Shown here piece after piece: positions 48,176-56,797 of a stretch of DNA of 64,000 nucleotides. The notes beneath the pieces are model-generated. The model worked only from the letters and a program-made list of their open reading frames with translations. It had not been told where the DNA came from and made no database searches. The stretch's first letter is position 1. The number at the start of each line of letters is the position of its first letter. A program made the position numbers and the translations under genes. The DNA is from Alkalispirochaeta sp. (GTDB lineage Bacteria > Spirochaetota > Spirochaetia > DSM-27196 > Alkalispirochaetaceae): assembly GCA_965601925.1 (NCBI GenBank), contig OZ271854.1:2304001-2368000 (forward strand), in the 5' to 3' direction.

Positions 48176-50560
48176 ATGAATGATGCACGCCGTCGACAGT
48201 CGAACCTCGGAGTGAGCGTCGAGCGTAAGGACGCGGCGGACAAGACAACCGGACGTACTCGATACACCGACGACTTCTCGATACCCGGGATGCTCTACGC
48301 CGCCATAGTCAATAGCCGCACCGCTCACGGTCTCGTTACCGCGATCGACGATGCGGAGGCGCGATCCATGCCGGGAGTGCGCGGCGTCTTTTCGGGAAAG
48401 GATTTTCCGGTGAGGGTCGGGCTCTACCTCGGCGACAAGCCGGCTCTTGCGGTGGATCGCGTACGGTACTTCGGCGAGCCGGTAGTGGCCGTGGTGGCCG
48501 ATGACGAGCGTACGGCCGCCGCCGCCGCCGCGACCGTTCGTGTGGAATACGAGGAGCTTCCGTTGGTCCGTAGCCCGCGGGAGGCCATCGCCGCCGACGC
48601 GCCCGTGATCCACCCCGCGATGCACGAGTACGTACACATCCCGGCGATTCTCCCCGAGCCCGGGACCAACATCGCCCACCATACGAGGATGCGCAAGGGC
48701 GATCCCGATACAGCCTTCGCCGAGGCGGACGTAACGATTCAAGGTCGTTACACATTTCCGCCGAAGGACCACGCCGCGATGGAACCGCGCGTCTCCGTCG
48801 CCGAAGTCAGAAGCGACGGACAGGTTGTGATTCGTACCTCGACGCAGAGTCCGTACGGCGTGCGTGGGATCATGAGTCGCGTCTTCGGCATTCCACCCGG
48901 GAAACTTACCATTCAGGTCGCCGAAATCGGCGGAGGGTTCGGCGGTAAAGCGGGGATTCAGCTGGAGCCCCTGGCGTATCTGCTCTCGCGAGAGCTCGGA
49001 GGGCGGCCGGTGCGCGTGGCAAACACCCGGGAGCAGGATATCGTCGGCTCCCCGGGGGGGCCGGGATTGGACGCCGTCGTCAAACTCGCTGCGCTGGCCG
49101 ACGGCACGATCACCGCGGCCGACATCGAGTTTCTCTTCGATTCGGGAGGGTACGCCGACTACGCCGTCAACGTGAGTCGCGCTGCGGGCTACGCCTCCAC
49201 GGGGCCGTACAACATTCCCAACCTGAAGACCGATAGCTATTGCGTGTATACCAATCACCCCTTCGCCACCGCCTACCGCGGTTTCGGACACATAGAGATG
49301 AGTTACGCGATCGAGCGATCGATGGAGCTTTTGGCGGACAAGCTGGGCATGGACGCGGTGGCGCTGCGACGCAAGAATGCGATTCAGCGGGGCGATCGGA
49401 CCCCGGCGCAGGACGCTCTCGACGCCAACACCGGCGATCTCAGGGAGTGCCTGGATCGTGTCGTCGGATATCTCGACTGGGACGCGGGGCAACGAGAAGA
49501 GATAAGCGAGCACCGGATACGCGCCAAAGGCATATCGTGCTACTGGAAAGCGCCGGCGATTCCGACGTTCACCGATGCCGGGGCGATTGTGAGCTTCAAT
49601 GAGGACGGATCGGTCAATATCGTGACCGGAGCCGTTGAGATGGGACAAGGTATCTATACCGGGTTGGCCCAGATTGTCGCGGAACGTCTTCGCATGCGCC
49701 CCGATGACGTGCACGTCGTACAGGAGGTCATGACCGACCGTGCGACCCACGACTGGACGAGCGCCGCGAGTCGCACGCTCTTCATGGTGGGACGCGCCGC
49801 GATCAACGCGGTAGACGATGCGGTCGCGCAGATCAAGCGCGTCGCCTCGGCGCCGTTGCGCTGTCCCGAAGAGGATCTCGACGTTGCGGACGGGCGTGTC
49901 TACCTTCGAGACGATCCCGAGCAAGGGCTTGCGCTCTCAGAGGTCGTGTTGGGATACGTCTATCCCAACGGGAACGCCGTCGGGGGTCCCGTCATCGGGC
50001 GCGGTAAGTACATTGCACGGCATCTGAGTCACATCGATCCCGAAACCGGCAAGGGTCGGCCGGGACTGGAGTGGACGCTCGGCGCTATGGGCGTCGAGGT
50101 GGAGGTCGATCTCAGAGACGGCAGTTTTCGCGTACTCAAGGGTGTCTGCTCGATGGATGTCGGCAGAGTCATAAATCCCGCGTTAGCGAGGGGGCAACTC
50201 GTCGGCGCCATGGCGATGGGGATCGGCTACACTACACGCGAGGCATTCGAGTTCGACTCCCACGGGCGTGTGCTCAACTACAAGCTGAGGGACTATAAGC
50301 TATTGCGCTACGGCGAACACCCCGAGTACATCGTCGATTTTGTCGAGACGCCCCAGGGAGACGGTCCCTTCGGCGCTCGAGGGCTCGGAGAGCAGGGCAT
50401 CATCGGCGTACCGGGCGCCCTCGCGGCGGCCTTCTCGCGGGCCGTCGGCGTACCGTTAAACCGCCTGCCGATCACTCCGGAGTATCTGTGGCGGAGCGCG
50501 AGAGAGGGAGGTCCCGTCTTGGGCGATGTGCATGCCGCCGTGGCGGAGGAGCGGGAATGA
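48176..50560 (+). CDS. Xanthine-dehydrogenase-family molybdenum hydroxylase, Mo-binding subunit
   Basis: GGGFGGK, AYRGFG, EMGQG and catalytic Glu motif RGLGEQG. Confidence 0.93.
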   Translation: MNDARRRQSNLGVSVERKDAADKTTGRTRYTDDFSIPGMLYAAIVNSRTAHGLVTAIDDAEARSMPGVRGVFSGKDFPVRVGLYLGDKPALAVDRVRYFGEPVVAVVADDERTAAAAAATVRVEYEELPLVRSPREAIAADAPVIHPAMHEYVHIPAILPEPGTNIAHHTRMRKGDPDTAFAEADVTIQGRYTFPPKDHAAMEPRVSVAEVRSDGQVVIRTSTQSPYGVRGIMSRVFGIPPGKLTIQVAEIGGGFGGKAGIQLEPLAYLLSRELGGRPVRVANTREQDIVGSPGGPGLDAVVKLAALADGTITAADIEFLFDSGGYADYAVNVSRAAGYASTGPYNIPNLKTDSYCVYTNHPFATAYRGFGHIEMSYAIERSMELLADKLGMDAVALRRKNAIQRGDRTPAQDALDANTGDLRECLDRVVGYLDWDAGQREEISEHRIRAKGISCYWKAPAIPTFTDAGAIVSFNEDGSVNIVTGAVEMGQGIYTGLAQIVAERLRMRPDDVHVVQEVMTDRATHDWTSAASRTLFMVGRAAINAVDDAVAQIKRVASAPLRCPEEDLDVADGRVYLRDDPEQGLALSEVVLGYVYPNGNAVGGPVIGRGKYIARHLSHIDPETGKGRPGLEWTLGAMGVEVEVDLRDGSFRVLKGVCSMDVGRVINPALARGQLVGAMAMGIGYTTREAFEFDSHGRVLNYKLRDYKLLRYGEHPEYIVDFVETPQGDGPFGARGLGEQGIIGVPGALAAAFSRAVGVPLNRLPITPEYLWRSAREGGPVLGDVHAAVAEERE

Positions 50561-51564
50561 TTCCGTTTGAGTTCGATTTCGTTCGCGCCGAGTCGGTGGA
50601 GGAAGCGGCCGCGGCGTGGCGTGACGCCGAACGAGCCGGTAAATCGGCCGCCTACTTCGGCGGCGGCACCGAGTTGGTAACCTTGGCTCGCGACGCCAAG
50701 CGTCGATTTGACGTGGCGGTCGATTACAAAGCCGTTCACGAGGCGCGCCGAGCGGCGCGTGAGTCCGATTCGTACGTGCTGGGTTCAGCGCTCCGGTTGA
50801 GCGACCTCACCGACCGAGCCGGCGCGGGACTGGTCGGGTACTGCTGTAGAGGCGTTGCGGATCGCACGGCGCGTAACTCGATCACGCTCGGCGGCAATAT
50901 CTGCGGGCAGCTCGCCTACCGCGAGGCGGTGCTTCCCTTTCTCCTGCTCGACGGGAGCGTGGAGGTCGCCTCGACCGACGGCCGGCGTTGGGAGTATCTC
51001 CGTGACCTCTTTGATAAACGGCTGCGTCTCGATGCCGGTGAACTTGCCGTGGCGTGGGCGATCCCTGCCGATACACTCGCCGGACTCGGCCTTCTCGACG
51101 TCGGTGATCCGAGTGGCGGAGGGGGGAATGTGCAGACCGAGCGTGCCGATCTCGGCTACGGTGCCGTCGCCGCGGTCGGATCGGGAGGGCGAGGAGCGTG
51201 GTACTATTGCCGGCGAACCCGCGAATCCCGGCTCGATTATCCCCTCGCCACCGTTGCCGTGGCGTCGATCGACGGCGTCGTGCGCGTAGCCGTGGCCGGT
51301 GCGTGGGGATACCCAGCGCGGGCTCTCCGCGTCGAGGAGGTACTCAACGCTGAGTCGGTTGTAGCGGATGCGTTGGCGGCGGCCGGTTCCGGCTCGTCCG
51401 TCGAAATCGACGGCCCGTCGCTTCGTCGCGTCGTCGGTCGCGCTCTCGACGCCGAGGAACGACCGTTCAAACAAGATCAACGCGGCAGCCGCGAGTATCG
51501 TCGCGAGATGACCATTCGAGCCGTCACCGACGGAATCGTCGCTCTGTCCGGAGGGAGCCTATGA
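50557..51564 (+). CDS. Mo hydroxylase FAD-binding subunit
   Basis: YFGGGTEL, RNSITLGGN and GSREYR; ATGA overlap. Confidence 0.88.
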   Translation: MIPFEFDFVRAESVEEAAAAWRDAERAGKSAAYFGGGTELVTLARDAKRRFDVAVDYKAVHEARRAARESDSYVLGSALRLSDLTDRAGAGLVGYCCRGVADRTARNSITLGGNICGQLAYREAVLPFLLLDGSVEVASTDGRRWEYLRDLFDKRLRLDAGELAVAWAIPADTLAGLGLLDVGDPSGGGGNVQTERADLGYGAVAAVGSGGRGAWYYCRRTRESRLDYPLATVAVASIDGVVRVAVAGAWGYPARALRVEEVLNAESVVADALAAAGSGSSVEIDGPSLRRVVGRALDAEERPFKQDQRGSREYRREMTIRAVTDGIVALSGGSL

Positions 51565-52046
51565 AGGAGTATGCGGGAAAGGTGAAGCTCTCGCTCCGCG
51601 TTAACGGCGAGGTGCGGACCGTATGGGTCTCTCCCGCCGATACGCTCTTGTGGACGCTTCGCAACCCCTTGGGGCTGACGGGGACGAAGCTGGGGTGCGA
51701 GAACGGCGACTGCGGAGCGTGTACCGTCCACGTCGATGGAGTACCCGTCAAGTCGTGCTATACGCTCGTCGTCGACGTCGACGAACGGGAGATCACTACG
51801 ATCGAAGGACTGCGCGACAGCCCCGTGCAGGAGGGTTTTCGCGTCGAGTACGGCTTTCAGTGCGGATATTGCACCTCGGGATTCATCATGAACGGCCATG
51901 CACTGCTCGATGCGCACCCCGACGCGGACGCCCCAACGCGCGTAGAATGGTTGCAATCGAACATCTGTCGCTGCACGGGTTACGAGGGTATCGAACGTGC
52001 CCTCGATCACGCCGGACGAGCGATTGCCGAGAACGACGGTGAATAG
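51561..52046 (+). CDS. Mo hydroxylase 2x[2Fe-2S] subunit
   Basis: GCENGDCGACTV, QCGYCTSG and NICRCTGY. Confidence 0.95.
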   Translation: MKEYAGKVKLSLRVNGEVRTVWVSPADTLLWTLRNPLGLTGTKLGCENGDCGACTVHVDGVPVKSCYTLVVDVDEREITTIEGLRDSPVQEGFRVEYGFQCGYCTSGFIMNGHALLDAHPDADAPTRVEWLQSNICRCTGYEGIERALDHAGRAIAENDGE

Positions 52047-52136
52047 CGCCGTCGGAGCGTCGCTGCGAGGAGTCCGGACGGCATCCGGGACGGTCCTCGA
52101 CGACGTACGACGCGCGGCTGCGCGATGTAGCGTCAC

Positions 52137-52739
52137 ATGGCGACGAGACGGATGACGAAAGCCGAACAGGCGACACAGACGCGCGCCCTGGTCATCGGCG
52201 CCGCGAGGGCGTTGTTTGCGGAGCGAGGATACGACGGTGTCGGCTTGGATGACATCGTCGCGGCACTTCCGGTGACGAAGGGGGCGATTTACCACCACTT
52301 CGGCGATAAACACGGCCTCTTTCGTGCGGTTGTGGAGGACGCCCAAAGGGAGCTGGTCGAGATCGTCTCTACGGCCGGCGAGGCGACGGTCGATCCGTGG
52401 GCCGCCCTGGAGGCGGCGTGCGACGCCTTCTTCGAGGCCTTGGCACACCCCGGGCTCATGCGCATCGTATGCGCCGAGGCCGGACTGTTTCTCGCATATC
52501 ACGAGTTAAGTGCCATCGACGACGCCTACGGTATGAAGGTCCTCCACCGCTTTCTCGATCCGGCCTTTGCCGGCGGGCTCATATCCGCCGACCTCGATTC
52601 CGAGGCGATCGCGAGGCTTCTGAGCGGCGCAATCTATTACGGCGCCGAATGGGCCGCCGGAGGAGACCGGCCGGCCGAGCGACTCGAGCGGGTACGCCAC
52701 GACTTCCGGCTCATGTTGCGGTCTCTCAGACAAACATAA
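52137..52739 (+). CDS. TetR/AcrR-family regulator
   Basis: ARALFAERGY...TKGAIYHHFGDK. Confidence 0.92.
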   Translation: MATRRMTKAEQATQTRALVIGAARALFAERGYDGVGLDDIVAALPVTKGAIYHHFGDKHGLFRAVVEDAQRELVEIVSTAGEATVDPWAALEAACDAFFEALAHPGLMRIVCAEAGLFLAYHELSAIDDAYGMKVLHRFLDPAFAGGLISADLDSEAIARLLSGAIYYGAEWAAGGDRPAERLERVRHDFRLMLRSLRQT

Positions 52740-52741
52740 CA

Positions 52742-52776
52742 GGCAATTTCAAAAATCGAAGATTTTTGGAAATGCC
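52742..52776. repeat. Imperfect inverted repeat (hairpin) after tetR
   Basis: GGCAATTTCAAAAATC-GAA-GATTTTTGGAAATGCC, 14 of 16 positions Watson-Crick paired. Confidence 0.75.
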
Positions 52777-52831
52777 AGGACCTTTAGAAATCATAATTAT
52801 ATACTTTGTATGTAATTATGATTTCGACCCA

Positions 52832-53214
52832 GACGCGTACCGCAGCGGCATGGTGCCGGTGCGAGGAACGCGTGCTCTGCCCCCGGACGCGTACCGCAGC
52901 GGCATGGTGCCGGTGCGAGGAACGCGTGCTCTGCCCCCGGACGCGTACCGCAGCGGCATGGTGCCGGTGCGAGGAACGCGTGCTCTGCCCCCGGACGCGT
53001 ACCGCAGCGGCATGGTGCCGGTGCGAGGAACGCGTGCTCTGCCCCCGGACGCGTACCGCAGCGGCATGGCGCCGGTGCGAGGAACGCGTGCTCTGCCCCC
53101 GGACGCGTACCGCAGCGGCATGGCGCCGGTGCGAGGAACGCGTGCTCTGCCCCCGGACGCGTACCGCAGCGGCATGGCGCCGGTGCGAGGAACGCGTGCT
53201 CTGCCCCCGGACGC
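52832..53214. repeat. 54-bp tandem repeat x7 (VNTR)
   Basis: Unit GACGCGTACCGCAGCGGCATGGYGCCGGTGCGAGGAACGCGTGCTCTGCCCCCG at 52832, 52886, 52940, 52994 (T variant) and 53048, 53102, 53156 (C variant), then a 5-nt partial copy. Confidence 0.97.
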
Positions 53215-53298
53215 ATCTGGATGCGTTCCTCAGGGCTTCGCCCCTCCGGTACGCATCCGCGCCGAGCAACAGCCGAAGGCTGTGACCAGCCCCAATAT

Positions 53299-53335
53299 TG
53301 AGGCTCTTGTAAAATGTAATTTTGAAAGAGCCTCA
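53299..53335. repeat. Inverted repeat (hairpin)
   Basis: TGAGGCTCTT-gt-AAAAT-gta-ATTTT-ga-AAGAGCCTCA. Confidence 0.75.
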
Positions 53336-53412
53336 TAAGGTCGAAGTGCGACCTCGAGAGTGGTATCGCGACGATATCGCTTTACCATAGTCTTTTTGTA
53401 CGTTATTTTAAG

Positions 53413-53429
53413 ATACGTAATTTACGTAT
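53413..53429. promoter_or_regulatory. Perfect 8-1-8 palindrome, candidate repressor operator of the SDR-MATE operon
   Basis: ATACGTAA-T-TTACGTAT, 18 nt upstream of ATG 53448. Confidence 0.5.
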
Positions 53430-53447
53430 GTATCTTGAGGGAGAGAG

Positions 53448-54143
53448 ATGATCGAATCAATGCTTATCGTCGGAGGGAGCCGCGGAGTGGGAGCGGCCGT
53501 AGCCGAGTACTTCGTTTCGCGGGTGACGACACTTTACACAGTCTCTCGTACGCCCTCGTCGACGGGCGAGTGGATCGCGGCCGATCTCGCGACGCAGAGC
53601 GGTATCGACACCGTCGTAGATCGTGTGGCGGAGTTACCGCTCGACGCACTGGTCTTTGCCGGCGGCACGTGGGAGACCGACGCTTTTACCGATGAGTACG
53701 ACTTTCTGCACGGTCCGGCCGACGATATCGATCGAGTTATCGCGGTCAATCTCGTTGCACCGATCAAGCTCGTCCGTGGTCTGCTGCCGGCTCTCAGGCG
53801 CGCCCGAAATCCGCGGGCACTCCTGGTCGGCGCCCTTTCGGGCCTCGATAACAACGCCACGCGGGAAGTGGCCAACACCGCTTCGAAGGCGGGCCTTCGC
53901 GGAGCCGCGCAAGCGATGCACCGCGAGCTCGCCGGGCACGGCCTCGCCGTTACCGTAGTCAATCCCGGTAATCTCGCGACGGGCGAGGTGGCGGCGGACA
54001 TCGCGGAGGGGCGTTTCGAGCCGCAGATGCCGATACCGCTGACCGATTTTCTTGCCGTTCTGGAGTGTGCCCTCTCCTTGTCGCCGGCTACCGTCGCGAC
54101 CGAGATCAACCTGGCTCAGATGGACGGGGGGCGCGACGTATGA
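53448..54143 (+). CDS. Short-chain dehydrogenase/reductase (atypical, NxxxK)
   Basis: VGGSRGVG, VNL, NTASK and VNPG; GAGGAG RBS. Confidence 0.88.
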   Translation: MIESMLIVGGSRGVGAAVAEYFVSRVTTLYTVSRTPSSTGEWIAADLATQSGIDTVVDRVAELPLDALVFAGGTWETDAFTDEYDFLHGPADDIDRVIAVNLVAPIKLVRGLLPALRRARNPRALLVGALSGLDNNATREVANTASKAGLRGAAQAMHRELAGHGLAVTVVNPGNLATGEVAADIAEGRFEPQMPIPLTDFLAVLECALSLSPATVATEINLAQMDGGRDV

Positions 54144-55594
54144 ATGGGACGGAGCTCGGCGATGCGCGCGCTACTCTCATACCGCTGGTACGGTTGGCGT
54201 TCCCGATAGCGCTTCAGGTGCTCATGCAAACGCTCCTGAACCTGATTGATACCGTTATGGTGGGACAGTTGGGGGAGGTGCAGATCGCCTCGATCGCGTT
54301 GGGTAATCAGATTTACTTCCTACTGATTCTCTTTCTCTTTGGGGTCGGTAGCGGCTCGGCCGTGTTCGCATCGCAGTACTGGGGCGCGGGGGACGTTGGT
54401 GGGGTTCGTCGTTCCATGGGACTCGCTCTCATCATCGGCGTGGCGGGAGCGGCGGTTTTCACTGCCGGTGCCGTCTTTTTCCCCTCGTCGGTCCTATCGG
54501 TGTTCACGACCGATACCTCGGTAGTCGGCGAAGGAACGGGGTATCTACGCGTCGTCGGCCCGAGTTATCTCTTCACCGCCGTCACCCTGGGCTACACGCA
54601 CGGCTTGCGGAGTGTCGGACAGACGCGCCTCCCGATGTACGCCACCGCGTTCTCCATCGCCCTCAATGTTGTGGGAAACTACGTGCTGATCTTCGGTGTG
54701 TGGGGATTTCCCGCCCTCGGCGTTACCGGCGCCGCCCTCGCTACGGCCGTCGCCCGCGCCGTGGAGATGGCGATCATCCTGACGGTCGTCTATCGTCGTC
54801 GAGGACCGGTCGCTGCCTCTTTGCGCCAGCTCACGGCTTGGAACCGATCGTTTCTTGCCGTATTCGTTCGTCGTGCCAGTCCCGTCGTGGCGAACGAGAT
54901 TCTATGGTCCACCGGATTCACGATGTATACGGTGGTCTTTGCCCGCATGGGAACGGAGTTTCTCGCGGCGTATAATATCGCCGATACTGTATCGCGGTTA
55001 ATGTTGGTGTTCTTCATCGGTACCGCTCAGGCGAGCCAAATCACCATCGGTAACGCCGTCGGGGCAGGTGCGATGGACGAGGCGCGGAATATCGGGCGAA
55101 CGTTGATGCGGGTCGTACCGATCGTGTCGGCTCTTGTCGGTATGGTAGTCTTTTTTGTCGTAGCGCCGTTAGTACCGGCCGCCTTTGCAGTTCGCTCCGA
55201 GGTGCGAGTGCTGATTCGACAGTTCTTGCGACTCTTTGCAGCCCTGCTCGTCGCGAAGGTAATAAATATCCATCTGATCGTCGGCATCCTCCGGGGAGGG
55301 GCCGATACGCGGTTTGCTCTTATGATCGATATTCTTCCCTTGTGGCTCATCGGAGTCCCTGCAGCGATGCTCGCGGGGCTCGTTCTGGGACTCCCGGCGC
55401 CGGCTGTCTATCTCGCCTTGCAGCTCGAAGAGGTCGTGCGGCTGACCCTGGGTGTCGTTCGCGTCCGGTCCGGGGCGTGGGTCCACGATCTTACCGGGGG
55501 CGCGACGCGACGACCCGCCGAGGTCGATGTGGCGGCCTCCCCGTGTCCCGAAGGACTGCACCCCTACGACACAACCCCGGGCTGCCCCGACTGA
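54140..55594 (+). CDS. MATE-family efflux transporter
   Basis: DTVMVGQLG, SQYWGA, GVTGAALAT and LRGGADT; ATGA overlap with the SDR gene. Confidence 0.92.
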   Translation: MNGTELGDARATLIPLVRLAFPIALQVLMQTLLNLIDTVMVGQLGEVQIASIALGNQIYFLLILFLFGVGSGSAVFASQYWGAGDVGGVRRSMGLALIIGVAGAAVFTAGAVFFPSSVLSVFTTDTSVVGEGTGYLRVVGPSYLFTAVTLGYTHGLRSVGQTRLPMYATAFSIALNVVGNYVLIFGVWGFPALGVTGAALATAVARAVEMAIILTVVYRRRGPVAASLRQLTAWNRSFLAVFVRRASPVVANEILWSTGFTMYTVVFARMGTEFLAAYNIADTVSRLMLVFFIGTAQASQITIGNAVGAGAMDEARNIGRTLMRVVPIVSALVGMVVFFVVAPLVPAAFAVRSEVRVLIRQFLRLFAALLVAKVINIHLIVGILRGGADTRFALMIDILPLWLIGVPAAMLAGLVLGLPAPAVYLALQLEEVVRLTLGVVRVRSGAWVHDLTGGATRRPAEVDVAASPCPEGLHPYDTTPGCPD

Positions 55595-56012
55595 ATGGAA
55601 CGACGATCCATGTAGCGACGTGGGGACGGTCGTAGTCTTATCGGTTGCTCGCCTATGCAATCGTCGCCGTGGCTGCGAACGCGAGGGATCGCCGCGGCTG
55701 GTCGGAAGCTTCGCTTCCTACTCGCCCATGCATCCGGGATACCCCGCAGGGATGCACGGAGATGTAGGGCGATCGGCAGTGAGCCCGTTCACATCCCCGC
55801 TTGCTCGACGACAATAGTCGTCGAGTGCGTCCCGAGGAGTACAAGCGAAGAGCCCGGTCTCCCCCAACAAACCACCTGAGGACGAGACACCCCTGCGCTG
55901 TTGCATCGGGAACGGGAGACGGTGGCGGGCGCGACTCCAAGCCGCCCCGGCTTGCTGAGTGACCGACACCGCCTCCCGGGCTCCACTGATGAGAACCGGG
56001 GAGACGCGCCCG

Positions 56013-56660
56013 TCACAGATAACCATACACGCCCCAAAAAAAGGAGGCGGCTCCGCCTAACACAAACAGATGCCAGATCGCGTGGTGGTACCGAAGGCGC
56101 TTCATGGCGTATACGATGGTGCCGAGGCTGTAGAATATGCCACCTGCCAGAAGTAGGAAAAAGAACGGACGCGGCACGGTCGCGAGGACGGTGTCGAGCC
56201 TGACGGCGGCGAGCCACCCCATGCCCAGAAAGAAGACGATCTGCCACCTGCGAAAACGGTCCCAAAGGAGCACCTTGAGGGTCATTCCGACGATCGCCAA
56301 CGCCCAGACCGCCGCCAACGTCCCGTGGGCCCACGGCGTTCCGATCGCACCCATGACCGGTGTGTAGGTGCCGGCGATCAACAGGAAGATCGACATGTGA
56401 TCGAACAGGCGAAAGAGGCGTTTCCATCGCGAGCCTGCGGGACTCAGGTGATACGCGGTCGATACCGAAAACAGAAGCACCATCGACGTCCCGAAGACGA
56501 TTCGGGATAGAAGATGAAAGCCGCCGGGACTCCGCGCCGCAAGCAGTACCGTACCCACGACCGCGCCCACGGCGCCGACCGCGTGCGTCAACCCATTGGC
56601 GAGTTCTTCCCCCGGACTATCGTTGGAGTGGAGCGATATACGCGTCTCAAGCCAGCTCAT
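56013..56660 (-). CDS. Hemolysin III / PAQR-family membrane protein
   Basis: EELANGLTH, STAYH, DHMSIFLLIAGTYTP and HAIWHLFV. Confidence 0.93.
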   Translation of the reverse strand: MSWLETRISLHSNDSPGEELANGLTHAVGAVGAVVGTVLLAARSPGGFHLLSRIVFGTSMVLLFSVSTAYHLSPAGSRWKRLFRLFDHMSIFLLIAGTYTPVMGAIGTPWAHGTLAAVWALAIVGMTLKVLLWDRFRRWQIVFFLGMGWLAAVRLDTVLATVPRPFFFLLLAGGIFYSLGTIVYAMKRLRYHHAIWHLFVLGGAASFFWGVYGYL

Positions 56661-56783
56661 AGCGCGATGGTATCAGAGCGACGCACCTTTGCCGATGCGG
56701 GCGGCGCGGCCTCGAGTGGAGCGATATGCGCGCCTCAAGCCGGCTCACGGTGCGATAGTATCGGAGCAACACGGCCTTGCCGA
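56626..56783. repeat. Imperfect 70-bp direct repeat (period 88)
   Basis: 56626-56695 and 56714-56783 share 57 of 70 positions by manual alignment. Confidence 0.85.
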
Positions 56784-56797
56784 CGGCGCGCGCACGG

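Noticed and set aside
48176..52046. Definite xanthine dehydrogenase (xdhABC) or CO dehydrogenase assignment
   Set aside because: The family is clear but the substrate cannot be read from sequence. The AYRGFG loop lacks the CODH Cys, and the nearby permease looks uracil-type.
52832..53214. CRISPR array
   Set aside because: Units are contiguous and near-identical with no unique spacers, and there are no cas genes in the window.
53299..53335. IS element end
   Set aside because: It resembles IS-associated palindromes, but no transposase or target-site duplication is visible.
52397..53338. Repeat-encoded proteins (e.g. DAYRSGMVPVRGTRALPP repeats)
   Set aside because: The 54-bp unit is open in several frames on both strands simply because it lacks stops; there is no RBS or domain support.
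55975..56005. Hammerhead ribozyme (CTGATGAG)
   Set aside because: No following stem II and GAAA core; the motif sits in a simple hairpin.
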